This document shows positions 27,301 to 41,230 of a DNA stretch of 64,000 nucleotides, piece after piece. The notes under the pieces were generated by a model. That model saw only the letters and a program-made list of their open reading frames with translations, was not told the DNA's origin and did not search any database. The stretch spans positions 73,286,001 through 73,350,000 of the forward strand of contig NC_045697.1 in the NCBI RefSeq assembly GCF_009834535.1. The letters are read 5' to 3'. Made by a program: the position numbers and the translations under genes. Position 1 is the stretch's first letter. Every line of letters begins with the position of its first letter. The DNA comes from Camelus ferus (taxonomy: Eukaryota).

Positions 27301-28404
27301 TGAGGAACTGGCATATAACTCTTTTCTTTTTTTTCCTGCACACTTGACTTAGTGCAGTGCAATGCACCTGACAACCCTCTGAAACTGCTCCGACTGCTTA
27401 TCGGGCCCTCTCTGGATGGTGTGGGAGGCCGTAGCCCACAATCAGGGAGATGGGGCTGGATGCTGGGAATACCCTAAAGGAAGCACAGGGCTGGTTACGA
27501 TGGAGTTGCCTTTAAAAATACCCCAATCTTCTCAGGCTTTGGGGTAATATCAACTCAGTTGTTTGGGGGAAAAAAGAGAGATATACTCTTTTTAAGAAAT
27601 ACTGGTTTTTCTACTTATTTACCAAATTTTAGAATAATTTTAGTAGGAATTGAACTCATTAAACTGTAAATATACTCCTCAGCACAAGTCCCCTAGACGT
27701 TGTATAAGAAAAGCCCCTTTTGAGGCAGTCTGTCTTGCGTGCTTGTTCTGTTTTAGAGATGCCAACCACAGATATGTTTTCAGGTGACCTGGAACAGCAC
27801 TTGAGAATCATTGGAATTTAAAAAAAAGCTAAAAGCCCAAGAAACCAAACCGCTCTTTGACTCCTTTGTTGAGGACATGGAATTCCATGGACAAACTTTA
27901 TTTAAAATATCACCAAACCTCACAAATATAATGTAAACGTTTATAAATGTACCACTGGAGTCATTTCTTTCTCCTCGGTCCTCCAGTGTGGAGAAAACAA
28001 GCCAGCTAGCTCAATTTTCAGCTGGATATACCACACAAACAGTTATGATCTGACATGAGAAATCCCCAGCAGTCTAATGTCTAAAAGTTCCTCCCTCTCT
28101 CAACCCTTCAATTACAGATTTGTGAAAACAAACAATCTATATGTGTTTTCCGCATCTCCCAGGGAGGTGTAATGTTGTGAAGCAGGGGCTATAAGCTTTC
28201 AGCAATCATAAGGGGAATTATAATGGAGCTTTATTAATGAGGACTTTTAACAAAAAAAATTTTTTTAAACAAGGTGGGGAAGGGGAAAGAAACAGCCAAG
28301 CAGGAATGTTAAACTGTGTGCTTCTAAACTGGCTGAATAGGCGTAACTGTTCTTAAGAAAATTCACTGAAAGTAAAGTCAGGGTAAAAAGGATATATTTA
28401 AAAA

Positions 28405-28615
28405 ATTTGTTTTATTTTCATGCAATTTTTAAAAGTTACTTTCCATTTACAGTTATCACAAAATATTGGCTGTATTTCCTGTGTTGTACAATATAGCCTT
28501 GTAGTTTGTCTAACACCCAACAGTCTGTACCTCCCATTCCCCAACCCCCACGTAGCCCCTCCCCAGACCCCACTGGTAACGACTAGTTTGTTCTCTATAT
28601 CTGTGAGTCCGCTTC
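28405..28615 (-). mobile_element. Short 5'-truncated L1 3' end (cetartiodactyl-type)
   Basis: aatattggctgtatttcctgtgttgtacaatatagccttg...ctggtaacgactagtttgttctctatatctgtgagtc is the reverse complement of an artiodactyl-type L1 3'UTR. Confidence 0.8.
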
Positions 28616-29834
28616 AGAAAGGATACTTTTTGAAGGTGACTTCTTATCAATATATTGGCTTCTAAGCCTAAACCAAGCAAAACACATAGTAAAATAACAG
28701 CAATAACAAAATATTTGATAAAAATGAGCACAGGTACAAAAATGTTTATGACTAGAAGGAAAAATGAGAACTTTTTGTTTAATATTCTTACCCTCACAGT
28801 TAGAAAAACTACATTGTTGATAAATTTTCATCACTTTTTTGGCATTTCTTTTTTGATAGTGTCACCACAATGATATCGAACATGGACTCCCTGAAGAATT
28901 ATACCATTTAACATCTTTCTCCTCATTATGTATTAACTGCTTCTACAAAAGCTAGAGCACTACAAGAAATTGCTATTGAAATTTCTCATGGATCTGTCCA
29001 TCTAGCCAAAAAAATTGAGAATTTTTCCTTTGTTAATAGATTCTCCAACATAGCAGTTAAAATAACCAAATCTTTATTTTGCACTCAACATCATTGATGT
29101 AAATTTCACCACCCAGCCAAATAAGGTTGATGCGCATTCAACCATTTCTGCTCCTACCTGGGATTAGAGATCATTCAAAACCTAGCATCAAACTACTATG
29201 TGGGAGGACTCTGAGGTTGCATCATGAAAGGGCAGCTTCATAGCTTGACATTTTGTGCAAATCTAAAAGGGAAAGGCTTTGTTCCACAAGTTCTGTGCCC
29301 TTTCTTCCAATGAGATAGGAATATCTGACGCAGAGATTTAAAATGCAATGTTATTTATTTCTGTCTAAATTAGTTCTCTTCTTTGTTGTTCATTTCTTTT
29401 CTCTTTATCTCAATATTTCAGCCCATAAGAATATAGTGTTTGATTAAATAGATGACAAATACAAAGAAGAAGGAAAAAGTAGAAGAAAGAGAAGTATAAG
29501 GTAAGTGAATTCTTTATGAAATTATAAACTTGAGGGCTTTGAGCCCCTGATCTTCCTTTATACTTCCATGGATCCAACTAGAGAGCATTAACTGGGTGTC
29601 TTTACATCTTAGCCAGTGTGACAGGCTCTACTAACAGAAGAACTAATGGGATTCAGTGCCCACATAGTGTTTATATTCTAATAGAAGAGAATGACCTGCA
29701 AATAGTATTTAAAATATCATATAGGAAGTTCAGTGTATCCTCTAGTTCTATGATGTCTCCTTTTCAGTCCATTTGACTCACTAATAGCTCCAATGCACAG
29801 TCTTGCTCTGACACTTAATTAGTCAGTCAGTTGA

Positions 29835-30423
29835 TGTCCCATCAGGAAAAAAAAGAAGCCTCTCAAGGTATTTCCAGGAAAGGGGAATTTAATGTCAAGA
29901 ACTCCTTACCAGGGAGTTTGAAGAACTATAGGAGCTAAAAGAAGAAAGGTGGGGCTGGTGATATAATACAGAGAAGAGCATTACCCAGAGACCAGGGACT
30001 TGCCTCCGCCCCAAGGCTGAAGCCAGGAGCCTGTACTCACTACTGCTCTGACACTGTTGGAACTGCAGCACATCCGAGGAAAGAGACCCAGGAGCGTATA
30101 CTCGTGCTGGCCCCTCTGGATCTGGAGGTGCTGCCGCTTCTGCTGTTAGGAAGGCATCGCCTGAGCAAAAGCTCGTCCCACGTGCCTGCTGCTGGCCACT
30201 GTGGAAGGCATCTCCTGCAGCTGGGATGGGTGGGGGCAGGCTTCTTTTTGCCTTTTGTCTTTCAAACTCCTACTAATTCCTCCCATTGGCGGAATCTAAC
30301 TAAAAGCCAGCTGATGACAGAGTCTAGAAAAGTAGTTCGCAGGCTTTCAGCCTGCGGGGATACAAAGGAGAACAATGAAGGGTGGAAATGGATCTGAGAG
30401 ACAATAGACAAACAACCAGCACA
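29835..30423 (-). mobile_element. Ancient ERVL-class solo LTR
   Basis: cccattggcggaatctaactaaaagccag and gggtggaaatggatctgagagacaatag...ccagcaca resemble LTR33/LTR67/LTR78-like elements. Confidence 0.6.
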
Positions 30424-30667
30424 GTAGCTTTTTAGATAGCATTTGTTGAAAAACAATAGAGGTATATAAAATGTACAAATGTGGTAGGGAAAGGACTGGG
30501 AACTCAGCTTAGAATCATGTTTAACACTGGTGATTTCCAAATGTTTTTGGCAGCAAAACCAGTATATTTAAGAAGCACTAATACTCATTAAATGACCAAA
30601 TCGGGCATGTACATTTTAAGTCTGTATGTGTTATAATACAAGAGACAAGTTACAAAGAGGTTGCTAA

Positions 30668-30897
30668 TAGATTCACATTACTATATATAAAACAACAAGG
30701 ACCTACTGTATAGTACAGGGAGCTTAGTCAATTTCTTGTAATGAGCCGTAATGGAAAAGAAACTAAATTTATATATATATACACATATATATATAAAATA
30801 TTTATATTTATATATTCAGATATTATATATATATGAATCGCTTTGCTGTACAACTGAAACTAACATTGTAAATCGACTATACCTCAATTTAGAAAAA
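30668..30897 (+). mobile_element. Short L1 3' end (cetartiodactyl-type) with internal (TA)n
   Basis: aacaacaaggacctactgtatagtacaggga...tgaatcgctttgctgtacaactgaaactaacattgtaaatcgactatacctcaat. Confidence 0.85.
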
Positions 30898-30973
30898 TGA
30901 GGGAAAGAATAACCAAAGAAGGAACTTCAGGAGTACTAGGGAGTGAAGGGAGGGCAGAAGGAGGAAGCACACT

Positions 30974-31242
30974 GCTATGGTTTGAATGTTTGTGTCCCCC
31001 AAAATTCATATGTTGAAACCTAACCCCCAAGGGTGATGGGATAGGTGGTGGGGTCTTTGGGAGGTGACTAGGTCATGATGGGGGAACATTAGCTTCTTCT
31101 GCTACATGAGGACAAAGCAAGAAGCTGCCCACTATGGACCAGGAAGAGGGCTCTCACCAGAATGTGACTATGCGGACACCTTGATCTTGGACTTTCTGGC
31201 TTCCAGAACTATGAGAAACAAATTTTTGTTGTTGATAAGCCA
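30974..31242 (+). mobile_element. MaLR solo LTR (MLT1A-like), internally deleted
   Basis: tgctatggtttgaatgtttgtgtcccccaaaattcatatgttgaaacctaaccccc start; accttgatcttggactttctggcttccagaactatgaga...taagcca end. Confidence 0.88.
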
Positions 31243-34200
31243 AAAAAAAAAAAAAAGTTGTTGAGAATAAAGCTGCTTTGAGCAATGAAAACTTTTCATG
31301 TTAAGGATTCCACTTGCAAGTCAGGCTCCATAAAATTCTGACTGAATCTTAGGAGATTTCCTGCAGCACTTATGCAGAAGCCTAGAGTTTCAAGGAACAC
31401 TTTAAAATTTCTGTTCTAATCAAAATACACTTGATAGATAGTCCCAAATTATAACAGTCATCAAAAAGTCCACAGCAATAAAAGTATTTATAGCAAACCT
31501 TAATTCCAATAAGTCATCATAACAAATATATATACACATGCCCAGGTGCTATTTAGTTTACCAAAACTTAATGACTGCATACAGTAAAAGCTTTGGAAAA
31601 CAAAGCCCACGATAGGCAGCCAATAAATTCTATTTATCTGTAACATTTAGGATACTTCATCTCCCTTTATAGGATCTGATAAGATAAAGTCCAGCTTTGC
31701 CCACATCACTCCTCTGCTCAAATAATTTCAATATTTCCCCACAGCACACAAGATAAAGCAATAAATGCCCAGCTGGCCCACAATTCAAGAACTTCTACTG
31801 TCTGCAATATAACTAATATTCCAACCCTATCTTTCAAGATTTATTTACATGAATCCTCTGCTCCAATTCACTGGTCCCTCCACATTATTCACATGTTTCT
31901 GCCTTTTCACCTTCGATCAAATCATTCCCTTTATCAAATTGTTCCTCTTCTCCTATTTCCACATCCTCCAATATTCATACCTAAATATACCGCAGTGCCC
32001 TTCACTGGAATTTGTCATCCAGTGTGAGTGTATGTGTATGTGTGTTTTGGAAAATGTTCAATTGAATTTAAGAGCACCGTTTACCAAAATTCAAATTCAA
32101 GTCAACGTAAAAAAAACAATACAGACTCACACAAGAGATGACAAATGCATGAAGCCATGAAGGCAATTAGAGCATATATTTTACTCACAAGCACTTATTA
32201 CATAGTTTAGTACTCAGTATTTGAATTAATAACACGAAAAAAATTCATTGACTTCCAGACAGTCTAAAATTTGTAACTCGTAATTTCGATACATAGATGG
32301 GGCTCTCCCTCACCACGGACGGACATCAAAAACGAATCAAAGTACTTTTTTTTTCTTACTGAACTCAGGATTACTTTCAAAATCCTTCTCCACACAGCAC
32401 TGCAAGCAGCCGTTATTCATCATTAGAATGGGATAGGAGATAATTATTTGGTATCTATTGACACTAAATTGGTCTTTAGAATACAGCAATTAGTGTTTTC
32501 ATTTAATATTTAATGTTAATTTAACATTTGCCCGCCAACTGGACTATAATTCCTGTGACGACAGGGACAAAACGTGTCTCCCCAGCCTATGCAGGGCCCT
32601 ACACAAACTAGATGATAAATAAATATTTGTTTAAAATGATGAAATCCATGCAGAAGCAGAAAGCTGTAGTTCCAGGGTATTCTGATTCATTTCTACAATG
32701 CAACCCCACCAATGAGTGTGCTCAGGGGAGGATACAAAATTACAATCCCGTTACTGAATGTCTGGCCTCTATAGAGCATGCTCAGGAGAAATTCCTGACA
32801 CAAATTTCCTGAGGATCACAGTCAGATACAACCCCACTCGAAATGGTGGTGAGCTCTCCTGCTGCCCCTCCTTCTTCACCTCTGAGTTATTCAGCAATTT
32901 AAGATTCTTTCCATTTGCCAAATACAACAGAGAAAAGACGTTCCAGCATTCTTTGTGTGAAAGGCTCACACACACACTGCAGTCTTGCAAATGATGATGT
33001 GATCTGCTTTTCTTTTAACGCCGTATAAAAATAAGCGTCCATCAAATGAAGCTATAACTAAATATTAATAAAATCAGCGAGGTGAGGGAGAGTGATATGA
33101 ACTTTTACTGCCTTTTACTCACAAAAGTCAGAGGTAGGATTGAGTCTGAATGATACAAACCCAGTTATATTATCACCAAACAAAACACTATCATTTCGCT
33201 TTGCAGCTAGGACTTCCCCATTTTTCCAGGAGCCACAAGACAACAGCAGCTGCGCTGTGATTGAAGCACTCTCTTCCATGTGGACTGAAAATGGCATAAC
33301 TCTTTTCAAAAAGAAAAATCCTTCTTTTTAATCATCTTTCCAGTCTGCTTCTAAAAAAAAAAAAATACCTGGAGGAAAGGGGCTGACTTACAAAGTGTGG
33401 AACAGCCCCTTTCGCCCATATCCTTTCCTTCATAAAAATAATGAGTTTGAGAGCAGTTAAAGTAGCAAGATGAATCCAGCCAAGATCCTTCCAGAAAACT
33501 CTCATTCATCATGGTTGGCTTCTTTGTCATATCTCCGTGTAGCTAGATAATTCCCTTCTCATTTGATTCAGAGAGCTTTATACATACTACCTCATTAATT
33601 TCACAAAGTTGTGTGAGCTGGATGAAGGTACAGAGACCTATACAAGACCTGGGAACAGGTTGCCAAGGGTCAAGTGATGCACCAAACACCCAGGTACCGC
33701 TTACACAACTGAGTTCATAAACCAGGAATTCTGTTTCTTTTTCTCTGTTAATGAGTCTGTGGGTCCTCATAACAATGTGATGTAGACAGTCAAAATTAGG
33801 AAGAAAATGGACTAATTATCTAGGAATGATCTTAGTATGTGTACCATCCCTCTGGATAATTAATTCCAGCAAAAATAATTTGAATTAAAATTAAACAGTT
33901 ACTCTGGATGAGCTCTGTACCAAAAAAAGTGAGATTATCCAAACTGGCTGTTTACCTACATAAATTTACCAGGTAACTGCTCAGTCCTCAGGCTTACTTC
34001 TGTTGGATGAACATAGACTTTCAAGGTGTACTTTCATTTGTAATTAATTTCTACACTTGATAAAGACTCTTTGCTTCAAAAATCGGACCCACAGAATGTG
34101 AGCAGGAATAATATGTCTCTTCTGAGTCAGACTGGTTAAGACATGGGTACGTCTTTCTGCATCTGCCTGCTAAAGAGAGAGGACTTTGAGGAAGATTGCC

Positions 34201-35624
34201 CCCCACATAAGGAACCCTGGGGGTGGATTAGAATTTGTGGTTTATCTCTAATAGCAGTTAGCATCCCCTTAGTTTCTACGTGATCCTGCAGCCCGACCCC
34301 AGCTGCCTCCTTCTCCTGGAATGTTTCAAGTGTTTACTCAGTTCTGGGTTTGGTACTTGCTGTTAAAAGTCTAGAATTCTCTGTCTTCCCTGTTCTTATC
34401 ATTTCTCACTGCGGATCACCTGTCAGATTATGCTCCACTTCTTCTGAAAGCCGCCCTTCCCCAAAGCCAAATCTGTCTAGGTTTCAGAACACCTTGTGCC
34501 GACCTCATTTCAGCACGTACTACGCACATTGTTACAACTGCCTGTTTATCTCTCTATCCCGCTAGACCTACCTTCTCCAAAACCGGGCCTGTGACTTGTG
34601 ACACATGGAATGGCACAGAGTAAGCATTATCTTGGACTCAATGAATAATTATACTGCTTGTATTCAGTTAGTTCTCAATTATTTATTGATCCCGTATATG
34701 CCAGTCCCTGATGGTTTTGCATTTTCCCCTTTTCTCCATAACACAGACACCTCCACCTTTTGATAAAATTCTTCTGTAAACCTACCTTCTCCTATTTTTT
34801 TAAAGAGGGAAAATTTCCTGCCTTTACTCTAGTAATCCTTCATATATAAGGAGTTTAATATATCATTTAAACTGTGTTAGTATTTTTGTTAGGATCATTA
34901 GTGGTTTTTGTTAATGCATTCATTACGCGCTTTCAAAGTTTCATTGTTTCACGAAACTATAAAAGTTTCAAGTGGTCTACCCCAAGCCAATGCTCTTCTT
35001 CTGTAAATGTTACAGGACACGAGAGTTTTCAAAACCTATATGTTATGTTATAGAAGGAACTCCTCTACCTCCTTAAGCAATCTTCCTCCTCCTTCTGAAA
35101 CTGCATCTATGGAGTTTCTTCTGGAAATTAACAGATGCCTCTTCTCACCATACCCCAAACCTTGGGCACGTCATCTAGTTCCATCTGTGTACAGAAAACC
35201 TGTCCAAATCTACTTGTCTAACTGTGAGCTTGGCCTCTCCACCCAACTTGGCGAGAGTTTTCTGTATAAGGCATTTCAAACTGCATGTCCTGTCATGAAT
35301 GGAAATGAAATGTGGAGAAGACAATTCAGCTTATCATCTTGCAGTGACAGAGCTCTGAGCCTGGTTTCTTTGTCACATTGGGTAATGTCACTATATCAGC
35401 AGCCAGCCACGCAGGAAATCTTGGAGTAATTGTCAACTCATCACTGTCCTTTGTTCCATACATCCATTTACTTCAACTCTGGCTGTAATTACACTTATAC
35501 TTTCCAAGCATGGTCCTTCTTCTTGATGTTTTCACTTCATCCCCTTCTTAAAATGTTTCCTATTAAAATGCTCTCATCATCAGACTTTGTCTCCAGTTAC
35601 AGTGTAACACAGAAAATTAAATGA

Positions 35625-35830
35625 GTTCTGGGCCAGGCAAACCGGCATCAAAACTTCACTTTGTGGGAGGGACCTGTGGCAGATTATCCAACCTGTCTGA
35701 ACCACCATGTGTTCATGTGCAAAATGAGAATAATCATGCTTATTGTGCACAATTGTTATGAGATTTGAATAACTACATATAAAATGCATGTCAAAAATTC
35801 TGAATAAACAGATTAACAACAAATTATTAG
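35625..35830 (+). mobile_element. MIR SINE (degenerate)
   Basis: gttctgggccaggcaaacc...catgtgcaaaatgagaataat...ttgttatgagatttgaat. Confidence 0.6.
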
Positions 35831-35844
35831 ACAAGTATTTACCC

Positions 35845-36225
35845 CCAGATTTAAGGGATTAATAGTATGTTTAAAAATATTTTACAAGCTGTTAAGAAAT
35901 AAATTGAAAGTTTAGGAGAAAAATAGACAAAAGATATGAATTGATACCTAACAAACTAAACATGAGACTAAAATTAGGGAAAGACTTTAATTATACTAGT
36001 AACCAGACAAATGCCAGTGGAAATATCTATGAGTTATTATTTTATCGTAAAATTAGTGGATAATTCAATAATAAAACCTAATACTGGATGAAGATGTATT
36101 AGACAGAGACACTAACTGTAGGTGGTTTAATTGGTAGACACCATCTTGAAATCAGTTTTGCAAATTTATCAGATCCTTTGCTTTCTTAGAATTTTGACTT
36201 AGTAAATACCTTTCCAGAAAGCTCA
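35845..36225 (+). mobile_element. Very old L1 (L1ME-like) ORF2 3' fragment
   Basis: gaaaaatagacaaaagatatgaa...ctggatgaagatgta...aattggtagacaccatcttgaaa. Confidence 0.55.
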
Positions 36226-37642
36226 TACCATTGGCATTCTCAGAATTCTCCTTTCCTAGGAGCAAACATATATCTTATAAAATATAGGATAATCTTGTCC
36301 CCCAAGAAATTATGATATATGAGATCACATAGCTAAAGTAATTCCTTAGCTAGAGCCCTTTGGAAATGAGAGCGTTTTAAATAGACACTTAGCATACCTT
36401 GGTCCCACTTTCTGTGATAGGTTTACTATACACAAATCAATTAGAATCTAACTGTGAGATATTCATGCATTTATATGCATGAAACAAATTCACTTTGTTT
36501 AGCAGATAATCAAGAGGATACTGTACAAATATGTACTTTAAGCTAGGTAACCAGATGTCTAGCAAAAGGAAAAAAAATGTCCCTTATGTCTGTACTCATA
36601 CCTTTTTGCTGCAATATTCTCAAATTTTTAACATCTAGAGTATTTACTGTTCTTTTGCTTTTAAAAAAAATGTTCTTGTTCAGTAATTTTTAAAATTTAA
36701 GGTAATTATTTTTGAACCTATCTCTTTCCCTGAGGTAGCCCCATCCCAACAAGTCTTTGAGTCCACCACCAATGTAATCCATCGAATGTCCTCATTTTTA
36801 CTACTCGTGACCCTGTCCTATTCTCTTTTCCCTTAACTATCTGAGACTCCAGGTTACATCACTAGAATCACTACATCACTTAAACAGAGCTCCCTTGCCC
36901 CTTTTGTCTCCTCACAGTCTTTCTTCAGTCTCTCTTGCTAAGTCTAACTCTGTTTTCCTTCACCTCCATTTCCAGTAGATGGACACATTTTATCAGTTTT
37001 AACTTTTAACATCTCTGGATATTATTATTGCTTTAATCAGTCTCTTGCCTCTTCCCCTGCTTCTTTGTTCTTCTTCATGTCTCCAGTCTTATTCGCCTTC
37101 AAATGAGTTTCACTGTCACCAAAGTGCTCTGTTTAAAGACAAACCTTATTTTTCCACTTGTTTAGGATACAAACATCTGTGGCTCCCCATGACCTATGGA
37201 ATGAAGTCCAAATACTTCAATGTGGTATATTCGACCCTCTAGGTCTTCAGGCTTGACTGGACTTACATGCTCCTTCTCCCTATAAGTTCTGGCTTATGTG
37301 AGTTTGAAGTGGTCTACACACACAGTAACGTTCCAGGCTTTCTTGCTTCACCAGTTCTGGCCTTTCACCGAAGATGGCCTTTCTGCCCCAGTCCTAGCCC
37401 AATCCTTTCATCAAACCGTTGATAACTGGTCCGTCATTCCAAGCATGACCCCAAGAAGCCCTCTCTGATACCCTCTTCTGAGCTGGAACAAGGCACTTTC
37501 TCTGGTGTGACTCCTCTGTACCTTATGTCTGCTGCTATCACGTGTCCTATAACCCATTTCATTTACTGGTTTACATGATTGACTCCTTTTCTATACTTAA
37601 GGGCAACGAGTATATCTAGTTTCTCGTGGTGCACTCCAGGTC

Positions 37643-38111
37643 TGTATCAGTCAGTTCAGAAGGCAGATGCCACACTCAGAGTTTGTAATTTGAGGAGTGT
37701 TCAGTAATGAGACTTATTTCAAGGAGTGTGGCAGAAACTGGGGAGACCAATAATGGATGTCAGAACTTGAAAGTTAACACAGTGGAAAGCCTTACTGAAG
37801 GAGAAGAGGACGGAGTAATTACAGAACCCAGAGAGGGTAGTTAATATGGAGAGAGCTTCCGGTGACCCAAAAGCTATGGCCTTTTCTACAGGGAGCCCAT
37901 CAGCCTGAAGCAAACCCCACAGGGAGAGAACCAAGGCCATAAACCCTCCCACTTCAATGTCCTCCTTCCCTGCTAGTGTCTCCCGTACTCTGCACACAAC
38001 ACACAAGCCAGAGGGAAATGAACCCCACTGATGTAATCCATCTGGTTAGCTTTTGGGGGTGGCAGGTGGGGACAGAGCCCACTGGAAAAATGAACGGAAA
38101 TATATAGTGCA
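37643..38111 (-). mobile_element. Ancient ERVL-class LTR (LTR33-like)
   Basis: tgtatcagtcag...cagatgccacactcag start and aagccagagggaaatgaaccccactgatgtaatccat near the end. Confidence 0.6.
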
Positions 38112-39571
38112 AGGTCTAAAGGGGCTGACAGATCCTCATTGCTTAAAAGGTGTATATTGAGTGAAAATTCATCAACTGATTTTTCATGTGCCTTTGCAAC
38201 GTGTACAACCTGGACAGTAAAGAGTTAAACACGAATGCTCTGAAATAGCATTTCTGCCAGCTTTATACAGGATTATGTTGTGCAGCCACTTAGCTGCTTC
38301 AGCAGAGAAATGCTTTAAAGGGAAAGAACAGGAAGCATTGGAGAGAAAGGGTTTGTCAGATTTCCTGGGGGAGGAACGTATTCCTGGTGGTGTTACCCAG
38401 AAGGTGGTCCTTTCTGACAAAATGGTGATGTTTATGGAGGATAGATGCGAAAAAATGAGGAAGGCCTGCATACCACCACAAATAAACTAGTAGGCAGACA
38501 GGACTGATGTCTAAATGAGAACGCCAACAGCACAGGACACAGAGAAGTGAGTGGAGAGAAGCAGCAGCAGAGTGGCTAGAAAGGGAGGGGAAAATGGAGA
38601 AATAAAGTGAGATAATAAGGATTTACTGCCAGGAAAGCAAGCAGTAGTATCAGCAGGAAAATGAGAAATCTGCGGAAGGAATCTGTAAATCTCCCACGAA
38701 ATCCAGAACCACTGTGGGAGCCTGGGAATAGCATGTCTGCCCGCTTGGAAAGATTGTCCAAGAAATGACAGCCTGCTCAGCCAGCAGGACCTGCAAGGCC
38801 AATGTAGGCTCTGAAGGAAGACAAGGAAATAAGACCAAAAGATGAGAATATCTGGACCCAGGCCATCCAGATAGAAATGAATGCACTCCCATCAGTTATT
38901 TAGAGATATCTTTCATTAACTGCACATGCACATATTAATTCTTTGCTAAACTGATGGTCATTTTTACACTCTGTCTATAAGGAACCAGTTGCAAATGAAT
39001 CATTATAGTTGATTACGGTTCTAATGATTTGTTATCAAAATATCCTAACCAGGTATTGTTTTTGAAAGAAATGCATGACTTCATCGATGACAGTAAGGAA
39101 AAATTGTATGAGGTAATGTGACACAGCGCTTAAGAATGTGGGCTTCACATCGGGCGTATCTTTATGTCAATTCTTGCTTCTTCAGTAAAATGAGGATAAT
39201 GTTAGTCCCTCCCTCAGAGGTTTCTTACGAGGATTAGAAGAACTGAGACACTTTTAATTATATAGAGTTAACACATGTTAACACAATGCCTGACACACAT
39301 TACGTGTTCAAATCCTAAACTATTATTACCTCCAATGGAGGCTACTTTTCTACTTGATTTGCAAGAGGCTGAAAGGAAACTTACAAAAACTGTTGTATTT
39401 TAAAGATTGCAAAATATTGCACAAATTTAGATATAATCATTATTACATATAATTATTTATGATATATTTATATAGGGGAATTGATCTAAAAAGTAATTTG
39501 AAAGTAGTAATTTGTAGCACATCAAAATGCCACAGCTATATTGTATTGTTGGATCATCATATTGTGTCATG

Positions 39572-39791
39572 CAGTTGTCCCTTGGTATCCACAGGGTGTT
39601 TGGTTCCAGGACCTGCTGCAGATACCAAAATCCAAGGATGCTCAAGTCCCATAGTCCTTCCTCCTTTTCCACAGTTCATCATCCAGAGATCCAACCAATC
39701 ACAGACCGTGTACTACTGTAGTATTTATTGAGAAAACCCATAAATAAGTACACCTGCGAAGTTCAAACTTGTGTTGTTCAAGGGTCAACTG
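39572..39791. mobile_element. TcMar-Tigger non-autonomous DNA transposon (MER2/MER8-like MITE), 220 bp
   Basis: Terminal inverted repeats cagttgtcccttg ... caagggtcaactg (12/13 match); internal ggttccaggacc...gataccaaaatcc..ggatgctcaagtccc. Confidence 0.9.
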
Positions 39792-40989
39792 TTTATGTTA
39801 CAGTGATAGAGAAATGCAAAATATTATTTTGTGAATTAACTGTATGTTAGTCACTAACTACAATGGCATAAAGTGTCCCAGTTTTTTAAATTATGTTTTT
39901 ATTGAGTTACATGTTTTTAACAAATAAAATAGGGCAGAACACACTATATTTGTATCATCTAAGTCCTAATTTCAAGAGTTATTTCACTTTACAAATAAAG
40001 CTAACTACTTGTGTTTTAACACATGGTGGGTGCTTAATCTTGAAATGTTCTGACCAAATAGGTAAGACTTGTTTTGATTAAAATCATGGTAAAAGTCAGG
40101 AATGAAACACATAGAAATATAATCTTAATGATTAATCACTTTTAGGTAAATGAAAGTCTTTGTAAGTATAACCGATGTATCTAGCTAAAAAATGAACAGG
40201 TTTTAAATACGAATTAATAAGTTTGAGCCAAGAAAAACATTGAAACACACTCTACATTCCCACACCACACTTCCCAACTACTTCTTCCAACAAATGAAAA
40301 TTACAGGTAAGCCAAATGCATTCCTGCTTAAAGTAATATTTATCATGTGGAATTTCTTTGCCATAATTTTTAAACTATGATTTTTTTGAGTCAAAACATT
40401 GGAATTTTTTCTGTTCATTTCTCTTTTCTCTTATTGTAGAAAAATGTTCAAAAAATAGCTTTTCATCAGAAGACAGCAAAGAAATGGGTTGCTTATGGCG
40501 TGCTTACTGGAAGTCATGGAGGCCGCAGGGTGCTCAGAAGAGCGTGCCTCCTGGTGTTTCCCTAGTCCAGGCAACAACACAAACTGGTAAAACATGAAGA
40601 GACCTGCGGTCAGATACTTGAGCTATTTTAATCTAGAACTGACTGTCTCAATTCTGTCTCTCGAAGGCCTGTAAAACTGAATTCAAAGCCTTTCTTCTGT
40701 CATAACATCCCTGAATAAAGTGACATGGTGCACTCACCCCCACTAACGGTGATTCACTAAAGCAGTGACAGTACTTCTGAAATTGGGGTGTGGGAGAGAA
40801 GCCAAGTGGACGTGATTTTCAAAGACCCTCAAGTGATTCTACTGAGCTTCCTAAGGGAGTGGACCCTTCTTCCCACTGTCTCCCTACTGACAATCTCTGG
40901 GTGGAAGACAAGGACCTCAATGCTAAATGGGAATTTCCATTCCAAAAGTTGTAAAAAAAAGAAAAAGATATTTAACCTTCATAAGCTAA

Positions 40990-41230
40990 AATTTATTGAG
41001 TATTTTTTAGACGCTTTTGAAGATTTTAAATATATTGCTTCATTTGAAGTTCATAACAACATTAAGAGGTGTGATTTCCAACCTTACAGCTGGAGTGTCT
41101 AAGCACAGAGAGGGAAAAACACTTAACTAAGATTGCAGGGCAAGTTAATAAGTGATGGACCCAAGATTTCCACCTAGGCTAGGCTGTCTGGCTCCAGAGT
41201 CCACACTCCAAATCATAATCCTATGTTGCA
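40990..41230 (-). mobile_element. MIR SINE
   Basis: tttattgagta...ttcataacaac...gcacagagaggg...gtctggctccagagtcca. Confidence 0.65.

Noticed and set aside
35007..35429. Longest ORF in the track (140 aa)
   Set aside because: No recognisable domain or splice context; overlaps decayed L2-like sequence; length expected by chance
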